A DNA stretch of 64,000 bases, from positions 23,214 to 87,213 of the forward strand of contig CAZPVH010000001.1 in NCBI GenBank assembly GCA_964589975.1. The letters are read 5' to 3'. The position numbers and the translations under genes were made by a program. The notes under the pieces are model-generated. The model did no database searches, was not told where the DNA came from, and saw nothing but the letters and a program-made list of their open reading frames with translations. Positions 1 through 7,310 of the stretch are shown here, one piece after another. Source of the DNA: an uncultured Candidatus Saccharibacteria bacterium. Its GTDB lineage: Bacteria; Patescibacteriota; Minisyncoccia; Phycocordibacterales; CSBR16-119. Numbering within the stretch: the stretch's first letter is position 1; each line of letters opens with the position of its first letter.

Positions 1-118
1 AGCGAGTGAGATGTAAGATAATTTACTCACAGAAGCGACAACTTTTTTCAAAACATTTTTTGAAAAAAATTTTTGGTCGAAAGCTGTCGTGCGATTTTAT
101 AAACTAATCACTAATTCA

Positions 119-205
119 ATGGCTAAGAAAAAAGCTAAGAAGGCTGCAAAGAAGAAGACAGCTAAGAAGTCAGCAAAGAAGAAGTCAGCAAAGCGACGAC
201 GATAG
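119..205 (+). CDS. 28-aa Lys/Ala-rich basic micro-protein (MAKKKAKKAAKKKTAKKSAKKKSAKRRR); histone-H1/ribosomal-tail-like
   Basis: ATG at 119, TAG at 203. Followed by a clean hairpin+T-tract terminator. Below the ORF-track size cutoff; read by hand. Confidence 0.35.
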   Translation: MAKKKAKKAAKKKTAKKSAKKKSAKRRR

Positions 206-222
206 TCAGAAGAACTGCCTTG

Positions 223-258
223 TAACAAAGATCCCGCTCTCGCGGGGTTTTTGTTTTT
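223..258 (+). terminator. rho-independent terminator (cccgctctcgcgggg + T-run)
   Basis: GC stem-loop followed by TTTTTGTTTTTG. Confidence 0.6.
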
Positions 259-275
259 GTGGTAATCTAGTTCCC

Positions 276-2813
276 ATGTCTATATTATCCAGCCTGAAAT
301 CGGTCTTTGGCGACGAGAACTCGTCATTCCTGAAGGGGTCAGAGAAAATAGTGGAAAAAATCAATGCTTTAGAGCAAGAGCTTTCGGCTGTCGCTACTAT
401 TGATCTGCCTAAAAAAACCCTGGAGCTTAAAGCTCGCTTGGCGGCCGGCGAGAGCCTCGATGATATTTTACCGAACGCTTTTGCTCTGGTCCGCGAGTCG
501 GCTAAAAGGACTTTGGGTCAGCGGCACTTTGATGTGCAGATGATCGGTGGATACGCCATGCATAAAGGCTACATCGCCGAGATGCGAACCGGTGAAGGAA
601 AGACTCTGGTTGCAACGCTCGCAACGTACCTGAACGCGCTCGAAGGAAAGGGCGCTCATGTTGTGACCGTAAACGACTTCTTGGCTCGTCGCGACGCTAC
701 GTGGATGGGCGAAATCTATGCCGCTCTCGGCCTCTCGGTCGGTGTCATTAACTCTCAGAATGTCTCATATATATATGACAAGACTGTTCAGGGCGAAAAG
801 GACGAGGAGCGGGATGCTATTGGCTCATTCAAGGTGGTTTATGAATTCTTAAAACCGGTCACGAGGAAAGAAGCTTACGCCGCGGACATCACATACGGTA
901 CGAATCATGAATTTGGCTTTGATTACCTTCGAGACAACCTGGCGCAGAACGCGAACGGTATTGTCCAGCGCGGGCATCACTTTGCCGTGGTGGATGAGAT
1001 CGACTCTATCCTCATCGATGAAGCTCGAACGCCGCTCATCATTTCTTCAGCCGCTGAAGATTCAAGCGACTTGTATCTAAAATTTGCCGGGATTGCTAAA
1101 ACCCTGCAGCCTGAAACTCATTATGGAATTGACGAGAAGCTTCGCGCCATCACTTTAAACGACGCTGGTATCGAGCTCGCCGAAAAGCTTCTCGGTATCG
1201 ACAATATCTATACCGAAAAAGGCATAAAATATGTTCATCACCTTGAGACGGCTATTCGAGCCGAGGCGCTCTTCAAGCTTGATAAGGAATATGTAATTCA
1301 GAACGGCGAAGTTATTATCGTCGATCAGTCGACAGGCCGCATGATGCCCGGTCGTCGCTTCAACCAGGGCCTTCACCAGGCGCTTGAGGCCAAAGAAGGC
1401 GTCGAGATCAAGCAGGAAACTAAAACGGTTGCTTCGATTACTTACCAAAACTACTTTAGGTTCTATAAAAAGCTAAGTGGTATGACCGGCACAGCCAAGA
1501 CTTCGCAAGAGGAGTTCTACACCGTATATGGCCTGGATGTCATGACCATTCCGACGAATGTTCCTGTGGCGCGTATCGATGAGCAAGACCTCATCTTCCA
1601 GACCGAGAACGGAAAATTCAAGGCTATTGCCGAAAAGATCAAGGAAGTAAACAAAACCGGCCAGCCTATTCTTATCGGTACTATCTCGATCGAACGAAAC
1701 GAGCTTCTTTCGGCGTATCTTCAGAAAGAAGGCATCTCCCACACTATCCTTAATGCCAAAAAACACGAATCAGAGGGAGAGATTGTCGCTCAGGCAGGCC
1801 GCAAAGGCGCGGTGACTATCGCGACGAACATGGCTGGCCGCGGAATCGATATCAAGCTCGGCGGCGACCCGGCAACCCCCGAAGAGCGCGAAGAAGTTAG
1901 GCGCCTCGGCGGACTCTTCGTCCTCGGAACCGAGCGTCATGAGTCGCGACGTATCGACAACCAGCTCCGCGGCCGTTCCGGACGCCAAGGCGATCCGGGC
2001 CGAACACAGTTCTACGTATCGCTTGATGACGACCTGATGCGTATCTTCGGCGGTGATCGCATGAAAGCCATGATGGGCAAGTTCGGATTGCCGGAAGATC
2101 AGCCTCTTGCAAATAAATTTGTTTCGAACGCCATTGAAAGCGCTCAGAAAAAGATTGAAGGCTTCAATTTCGACTCCCGAAAGCATACTTTGGAGTATGA
2201 CAATGTCTTGAACACCCAAAGAAAGGCGATATACGACCGTCGCCGCAAGATGCTCATGGCAGATGATGCCGAAATCCGGTCGTTCCTGGAGACCCTGTAC
2301 CCTGATCAGCAAAAGCTTAGTGAAATAATCGAAAATAAGATTACGGAAGTTGGCGCGGAAAACTTCTGGAACACGGCGCGCAGAATAATTCTTCATGTGA
2401 CGGATGTTTTATGGGTAGAGCATTTGGAAACTATGGATTATGTACGCTCTTCGGTTAACCTTCGGGCTTACGGACAGCGCGAACCGCTTATTGAGTACAA
2501 GAAAGAAGGCCTCAACTTCTTTAATCAGATGGAAACGATATTTCGCGAGCAGGTTTTGTCCCTCATTGAGACCATAAAAGCGGCAGAAGCGGCCGCTCCG
2601 GTACAGCCAGAATCGGAGAAGGAATATGTAACTTCAGGAGGCGGCGTAGAGGGCGATGCGGCCAAGACTCCGATTCAGAAATCAGAAACAGATGATATAG
2701 GCCGGAACGATTGGGTAATCATCGAAAAGGGAGGAGAAACTCAGGAAATGAAATATAAAAAGGCCGAAAGCTTTCTCGCAGACGGGTGGACGATAAAAGA
2801 AGTTAAGAGATAG
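276..2813 (+). CDS. secA: preprotein translocase ATPase SecA
   Basis: 845-aa ORF with DEAD-like motor and SecA-specific motifs (MIGGYAMHKGYIAEMRTGEGKTLVATL, GRQGDPG, C-terminal region). Confidence 0.97.
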   Translation: MSILSSLKSVFGDENSSFLKGSEKIVEKINALEQELSAVATIDLPKKTLELKARLAAGESLDDILPNAFALVRESAKRTLGQRHFDVQMIGGYAMHKGYIAEMRTGEGKTLVATLATYLNALEGKGAHVVTVNDFLARRDATWMGEIYAALGLSVGVINSQNVSYIYDKTVQGEKDEERDAIGSFKVVYEFLKPVTRKEAYAADITYGTNHEFGFDYLRDNLAQNANGIVQRGHHFAVVDEIDSILIDEARTPLIISSAAEDSSDLYLKFAGIAKTLQPETHYGIDEKLRAITLNDAGIELAEKLLGIDNIYTEKGIKYVHHLETAIRAEALFKLDKEYVIQNGEVIIVDQSTGRMMPGRRFNQGLHQALEAKEGVEIKQETKTVASITYQNYFRFYKKLSGMTGTAKTSQEEFYTVYGLDVMTIPTNVPVARIDEQDLIFQTENGKFKAIAEKIKEVNKTGQPILIGTISIERNELLSAYLQKEGISHTILNAKKHESEGEIVAQAGRKGAVTIATNMAGRGIDIKLGGDPATPEEREEVRRLGGLFVLGTERHESRRIDNQLRGRSGRQGDPGRTQFYVSLDDDLMRIFGGDRMKAMMGKFGLPEDQPLANKFVSNAIESAQKKIEGFNFDSRKHTLEYDNVLNTQRKAIYDRRRKMLMADDAEIRSFLETLYPDQQKLSEIIENKITEVGAENFWNTARRIILHVTDVLWVEHLETMDYVRSSVNLRAYGQREPLIEYKKEGLNFFNQMETIFREQVLSLIETIKAAEAAAPVQPESEKEYVTSGGGVEGDAAKTPIQKSETDDIGRNDWVIIEKGGETQEMKYKKAESFLADGWTIKEVKR

Positions 2814-2843
2814 CCTAATGCAATCGTGCTATCATTATCCTAT

Positions 2844-3782
2844 ATGAAAATGGAAGGAATGGGGGCGCAGACGCCGCAGAATCACGGCCAAGAAATGGCC
2901 GATCTTGATGTGCTCGAGCGTGAAGCCCAGGATGATGTTACGGAGGAAGGCGTTCTCACTGATACTCTAGAGGGAGCTGATGCCATGGAGCAGGTTATGA
3001 AGGCCGCTGAAGGACAGCTCTACGGCGATACGGAAGAGGGCACGAATGCAATGGATGCAGTGATGACGGAAAGCAAAGCAGCTGATGTGGCACGGATCAA
3101 TGAGATCAGGGTAGAACTCGGTCTTCCAGAGACTGAAGCGTCACTTGCGCCGAGAAGCGTCTTTGATGTAGCTTCTCGCGAAATGGCTGGATCAGCAAAC
3201 ACGGGCGTGGCAGAGTCTCTGGAAACCCCATCGGCTGAACCGGCAGAAATCGGGAATGAGGCGGCTGTAGAAACGGCACTCAAGCCAGTCATTGAGAAAA
3301 CGGACAGAGCAACAACCGACCTCGAGCAGTCCCAAGAAGGAGAACTCAAATATGCATTGGGTGGCTCTGTCGTCTATGACCGCATGCCGGCGACGAATCC
3401 CCTCGACACGAAGATCATCCTCGTCCTTAACCCGGCCAACGGTCGGTGGACGCTTCCTGAGTTTCCCGTATCTCCGGACGCGGGCGATGAAATGGCGCAG
3501 ACGAAAGCGATGATCGAAGACTTGACCGATATCAAGCTCGACATGAAAGAAAAGGTGGATGAGCTGGTCGAGGAAGACCAGAGCGGCAATACTCTCGAAT
3601 ACAACTATTATTCGGCCAAGGCCGATTCTACGGAGCCCCTCGCGGATGAGGAGATCACTCGCTGGTATACGATTCGAGATCTGCAGGAGGGAAGCGTTGA
3701 TCTTTACAAGCATGTCATGCCAGTCATCGGGAAGGCCATGGAAAAGATTATCGAGCGGGAAAATCAGGAATCAGAGAAATAA
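2844..3782 (+). CDS. highly acidic hypothetical protein (D/E-rich N-terminal half)
   Basis: Long ORF directly after secA; ends at a terminator. The track ORF begins at GTG 2826; first ATG is at 2844. Exact start uncertain. Confidence 0.55.
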   Translation: MKMEGMGAQTPQNHGQEMADLDVLEREAQDDVTEEGVLTDTLEGADAMEQVMKAAEGQLYGDTEEGTNAMDAVMTESKAADVARINEIRVELGLPETEASLAPRSVFDVASREMAGSANTGVAESLETPSAEPAEIGNEAAVETALKPVIEKTDRATTDLEQSQEGELKYALGGSVVYDRMPATNPLDTKIILVLNPANGRWTLPEFPVSPDAGDEMAQTKAMIEDLTDIKLDMKEKVDELVEEDQSGNTLEYNYYSAKADSTEPLADEEITRWYTIRDLQEGSVDLYKHVMPVIGKAMEKIIERENQESEK

Positions 3783-3794
3783 TCATCTACCAAA

Positions 3795-3825
3795 AAGGAA
3801 AGGCCCCGCAATGTGCGGGGCCTTT
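3795..3825. terminator. bidirectional terminator (ggccccgcaatgtgcggggcc + T-run)
   Basis: Perfect GC hairpin between convergent genes. Confidence 0.7.
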
Positions 3826-5088
3826 TCATTTGCCTCCTTCAAAGATGAACGTTCTGGCGGTCTCGAGCGAGCGCATCTTGTCGAGTTCATCTTGTATGGT
3901 CTCGAACTGAAGTTCGTCGAGAAGTCCATACATTTGGGCGTCAGTTAGTACTGATCCTGTATAAACCAGACAATTGCACATGCTGTTAACATCACCCCAC
4001 GGCGAGGGTGTTTGCATGTCCTTCTCGTCACGAAGCGCTTGTTTTACCTTTTTAAACCACGGGCGCGACAGCAAACGTTTATCATTCAAGACCCCGTGCT
4101 TCAGGATTTCCAAGACCTTTTCGGGGTGTTGAGTATCCACATGAAATCCAAAATGTCCGCCGTCCGGGCTCTCGAAGCTGGTCGTGAAGCCCGAATATGC
4201 CAGAGATTTCCTATGCCTGATGTCTCGAAGTAGAGGGGAGTCAGTCATGCCATGGGTAAAAATTGAACGCATCATCCATTCTTTCACCATTCTTTCCGGT
4301 GTCTCCATCCCAGCCTTCGTTGGAAAAAGTAGCTCGACAGCCGAAGAGGCTTGCTTGGTGGGTAGGATTTTTTCGGTGCCAGCCTCCCACTTCATTTGCT
4401 TTACCACAACTGCCGTTTTCCTTACGGAAACATCTGCGTGGTATGGCAAGTCACGGAATCTTGGCTTAAGCATCCGTATCACTTCCATTTCTGAAAGCGA
4501 GGTAGACATCAAGAAGATCATGCGTGACGTACTGTAGCCCTTTCGCCTTGCGAGGAGCAGGTCCTCATGAGTCATTCCGTTTAGACTCTCGAGGTTTCCG
4601 ATGACCGGATACTGCAAAGGATGATCCTTCCAGACTTCTTGCATAATGCTTTGGAACATCAAGCGTCGCGGCTTTCCAAGTCCTTCGCTAATTTCTTCGC
4701 GAATGATCTTGCGTTCAGACTCGACGTCTTTTGCCCGCAGAAGCGGGGAAGCCACCAGATCTGTCACGACATCTACTGCTAGGGTGAGGTGACTGGTCGG
4801 GACATGAGCGTTGAATTCGGTAGTGTAGTATCCCGTGGATGCACCAATATTTCCACCAGTGTTGTCGATGAGTGTCCGAAGGTTCTTATTCCTCCCGGGG
4901 TATTTTTTCGTCCCACGAAATGGAACATGCTCGAACCAGTGGTACAGTCCGGGTTTGCCGATGAACGTATCGTCAATACTTCCAGTGAGTACCGCTAGTC
5001 GGATAGCACTGTTGTGTATCCCGTCGGGCGTTTTGTTGTAGTAAACTGGAACACCGTTTATCTCGGCGATCTGTTTAAAGTCATTCAT
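3826..5088 (-). CDS. M16-family (pitrilysin/insulinase-like) zinc peptidase
   Basis: 420 aa. Inverted zinc motif HWFEH (HxxEH) near the N-terminus; size typical of M16. Confidence 0.8.
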   Translation of the reverse strand: MNDFKQIAEINGVPVYYNKTPDGIHNSAIRLAVLTGSIDDTFIGKPGLYHWFEHVPFRGTKKYPGRNKNLRTLIDNTGGNIGASTGYYTTEFNAHVPTSHLTLAVDVVTDLVASPLLRAKDVESERKIIREEISEGLGKPRRLMFQSIMQEVWKDHPLQYPVIGNLESLNGMTHEDLLLARRKGYSTSRMIFLMSTSLSEMEVIRMLKPRFRDLPYHADVSVRKTAVVVKQMKWEAGTEKILPTKQASSAVELLFPTKAGMETPERMVKEWMMRSIFTHGMTDSPLLRDIRHRKSLAYSGFTTSFESPDGGHFGFHVDTQHPEKVLEILKHGVLNDKRLLSRPWFKKVKQALRDEKDMQTPSPWGDVNSMCNCLVYTGSVLTDAQMYGLLDELQFETIQDELDKMRSLETARTFIFEGGK

Positions 5089-5118
5089 CTATGTAGGGTT
5101 GTTAGTGAGCTTTCGCGC

Positions 5119-5147
5119 ATATTAAAATAAATTTGCTCATATGTCAA
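5119..5147 (-). promoter_or_regulatory. sigma70 promoter TTGACA-N17-TAATAT for the M16 peptidase gene
   Basis: Minus strand: cTTGACAtatgagcaaatttatttTAATAT, about 30 nt upstream of the ATG. Confidence 0.6.
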
Positions 5148-5156
5148 AGAAATGAA

Positions 5157-5190
5157 AAAGGCCCCCGACGAATCGAGGGCCTTTTAGAGG
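5157..5190 (-). terminator. terminator of the small high-GC ORF
   Basis: Minus strand: ggccctcgattcgtcgggggcc then TTTTTCATTT. Confidence 0.6.
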
Positions 5191-5200
5191 AGCACGCTCC

Positions 5201-5380
5201 TCAGTTGCCGATGCGCAGGTGACGTCCCTGGGCGAGGTGCTCGCTGATCGGCATTTCGCCGACGCCATCTTCCAGGATGACGAGGGACCTGCGGCCGATG
5301 TAGCGCTTTTCACCTGCGTTGGTGATGTCGCGGGCGGCGATGTCGAAGGAGCGGAGGGACTTCTTGGCGGTAGCTTTCAT
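5201..5380 (-). CDS. 59-aa hypothetical protein (MKATAKKSLRSFDIAARDITNAGEKRYIGRRSLVILEDGVGEMPISEHLAQGRHLRIGN), high-GC3
   Basis: ORF lies between a perfect TTGACA-N16-TATAAT promoter and a terminator. Third codon positions are about 85% G/C, indicating real coding in a foreign (high-GC) codon style. Below the track cutoff. Confidence 0.55.
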   Translation of the reverse strand: MKATAKKSLRSFDIAARDITNAGEKRYIGRRSLVILEDGVGEMPISEHLAQGRHLRIGN

Positions 5381-5406
5381 GTTCGTTGGTCTTTGATTTT
5401 GCTTAT

Positions 5407-5434
5407 ATTATACACATCCTAGTAGTTTTGTCAA
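5407..5434 (-). promoter_or_regulatory. consensus sigma70 promoter TTGACA-N16-TATAAT
   Basis: Minus strand: cTTGACAaaactactaggatgtgTATAAT; 26-nt leader to the ATG at 5380. Confidence 0.65.
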
Positions 5435-5565
5435 GTTTCTATAAATTCTCCTACGTCGGACGCAGAAGCACAAAAAGATTCTCGGTAGCGATAGTTTTCT
5501 AAAAGGCTGAAAAAACATTGAAAAATATGGCCTTTATAGGCTTGACGGAGGGGTAGTTTTATGGC

Positions 5566-5594
5566 TTGACAAAAAGTTCTGGACATGCTATTAT
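5566..5594 (+). promoter_or_regulatory. sigma70 promoter TTGACA-N17-TATTAT
   Basis: cTTGACAaaaagttctggacatgcTATTAT upstream of the glucosaminidase-like gene. Confidence 0.55.
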
Positions 5595-5713
5595 ACCCTT
5601 GTAATCCCGAAAGGGGTTTTTTGTTTCCCCGAGCACTGCCCACGGGCAAGACTCTCAAAAGTCTCCTCGGACGAAATTTCTACCACGGAGTTGTCGGAGC
5701 GAAACCGTCAAAT

Positions 5714-6319
5714 ATGAACAAGTTTAAAAATAGACTTCATTCATTTATCTTGTTGCCACTACTTCTTACCAATATTCAGGCTCCGGAATTCTTCAATAAA
5801 CCGTTGATTTCGGACCAGATGGTAGAGAACCTTGGCATGAACTTTCAAAATCTAAGTAATGACGCAGTAGTGATCAGCCTCGACCCTAGGGCCGAGAAGA
5901 TCGACGCTTACTTCGCTCAGTGGGATCTCCCTATGAGTGGATACGGTGACGAGCTTGTGGCGGTCGCTGACGAATATGACCTTCCTTACAATCTCTTGCC
6001 GGCGCTTGCCATGCTTGAGACTACTGGAGGCAAGAACGTCTGTAAGAGCGAGACTGGCAAGAACAATTTCTTCGGATATGGTTCATGCAAGATCCCGTTC
6101 GCTACTCCCGAGGACTCTTTCCGAGCCGTTGCCAAGACCATCTCTGGTAACAGCGAAAAGACAGCCCACCTTTATAAAGGTAAGACTGTTGAAGAGATCC
6201 TCGAAGTATATAACCCGCCTGAGGTAGAAGGTATCATGCCTGGCTACCACAAGAAAGCTATTCGCGTCATGACTGAGATCGACAATATGGAAGTTCCCGC
6301 TACTCTGGCGCAAGCTTAA
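5714..6319 (+). CDS. secreted glucosaminidase-domain (FlgJ/LytD-like) peptidoglycan hydrolase
   Basis: Signal peptide MNKFKNRLHSFILLPLLLTNIQA. Motif ALAMLETTGG...NNFFGYG resembles Glucosaminidase PF01832 (AQAALESGWG...NNLFGIK). The track ORF start at 5585 precedes the promoter; true start taken as ATG 5714. Confidence 0.6.
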   Translation: MNKFKNRLHSFILLPLLLTNIQAPEFFNKPLISDQMVENLGMNFQNLSNDAVVISLDPRAEKIDAYFAQWDLPMSGYGDELVAVADEYDLPYNLLPALAMLETTGGKNVCKSETGKNNFFGYGSCKIPFATPEDSFRAVAKTISGNSEKTAHLYKGKTVEEILEVYNPPEVEGIMPGYHKKAIRVMTEIDNMEVPATLAQA

Positions 6320-6328
6320 TGAAACAGA

Positions 6329-6358
6329 AAGACCCCTCACATTGTGTAGGGGTCTTTT
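6329..6358. terminator. bidirectional terminator (agacccctcacattgtgtaggggtct + T-run)
   Basis: Hairpin between convergent genes. Confidence 0.65.
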
Positions 6359-6855
6359 TGTTTTGCCGGGGTGATGGCATCAAAGAGCTGGCCTTGCTTT
6401 TCCTTGAGCTTACGCACGGCACTAGGAGTCAGTCTCTTTGGAAAGAGTTTCTTCATCTGAGCACGGTCACGCAGAAGCTGTACGAAGAGTTCGAACACAG
6501 GCTTGTATCGACTATCCAAAGGACTTCTCGTTGTGCGTCTTTGAAACACTTCCATGGCCGTTTCCACGAACAATACGTCATCAGACTTAGGTGGAAAAAG
6601 TTCAGGACAAACTTCTGTCTTCTGAGCCTTCTTCTTTGCCAAGAATTTCCGACGATGTTCGTCGTATGCCGAAGGGAAATGGTTTTCTCCAATAGCAAGG
6701 ACGCAGCGTACAAGCTCTCTCATTTTACCGTGGCTGAACGGGTCTTCAGGCTTATGACTTATTTGAGCGTGGTAGTGTCTCACTAGCACCGCATCCTTTA
6801 CTGGGTCGAAAGGAATGGTGTTCGAGAGCGTGTCTGATGGCTCTTGTTTCCTCAT
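6337..6855 (-). CDS. hypothetical protein, 172 aa
   Basis: Long ORF with its own TTGACC-N16-TAAGAT promoter and a downstream terminator; no recognisable family. Confidence 0.6.
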   Translation of the reverse strand: MRKQEPSDTLSNTIPFDPVKDAVLVRHYHAQISHKPEDPFSHGKMRELVRCVLAIGENHFPSAYDEHRRKFLAKKKAQKTEVCPELFPPKSDDVLFVETAMEVFQRRTTRSPLDSRYKPVFELFVQLLRDRAQMKKLFPKRLTPSAVRKLKEKQGQLFDAITPAKQKDPYTM

Positions 6856-6870
6856 GTGTCTTTTTCTTTT

Positions 6871-6898
6871 ATCTTAATCTTTTTTTGGTATAGGTCAA
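6871..6898 (-). promoter_or_regulatory. sigma70 promoter TTGACC-N16-TAAGAT
   Basis: Minus strand: aTTGACCtataccaaaaaaagatTAAGAT, 15 nt before the ATG at 6855. Confidence 0.5.
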
Positions 6899-6907
6899 TA
6901 AAGAGAG

Positions 6908-6936
6908 AAGCCCGCCGTGAGGCGGGCTTCCATGTG
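6908..6936 (-). terminator. terminator (gcccgccgtgaggcgggc)
   Basis: GC hairpin; T-run on the minus strand. Lies downstream of dnaE and the 108-aa ORF. Confidence 0.6.
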
Positions 6937-6941
6937 TTCAG

Positions 6942-7268
6942 TTAGGCTGGCTTCCAAGCGACGACAAACTTTGTTCGGTTTCGGCCTGCTTTTAAGGTCC
7001 GGAAAGTTCTGTCGGACGGATTGAAGAAGAGTGTTTGCTCAAGTTCGTACACTCTGGAATTCAATATCGCATAACGGTTACGTTGCCAGCGGGTCATCTG
7101 TCGTGCCTTGCACTGTACTCTCATAAAACAATCGGGGGGTCCGTTTTTGACATCAGTCCATTCATTGAGGGGCCTTACCGGGCCTGTTTTTCTAGGTCTA
7201 GGTGAACCAGTGCCGGGGCCACGAGAGTCTGCGCCGAAAAATCTGTGTTCGTTGTCTGGGAAGGGCAT
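6942..7268 (-). CDS. hypothetical protein, 108 aa (possibly co-transcribed downstream of dnaE)
   Basis: ORF between the dnaE stop and a terminator; no family recognised; could be non-coding. Confidence 0.3.
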   Translation of the reverse strand: MPFPDNEHRFFGADSRGPGTGSPRPRKTGPVRPLNEWTDVKNGPPDCFMRVQCKARQMTRWQRNRYAILNSRVYELEQTLFFNPSDRTFRTLKAGRNRTKFVVAWKPA

Positions 7269-7310
7269 GTGCTGTGGTTTTCAACCACTCTATCTCAAAC
7301 TAGATTCCTG

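Noticed and set aside
1770-2396. 208-aa minus-strand ORF (and others at 468-659, 1155-1766) inside secA
   Set aside because: Antisense to a high-confidence conserved gene; no independent signals.
5201-5380. Considered that this promoter-terminator unit is an SRP/4.5S-like RNA (contains CAGGUCC...GGAAG)
   Set aside because: Domain IV consensus not contiguous; strong 3-nt periodicity with about 85% G/C at third positions argues for protein coding.
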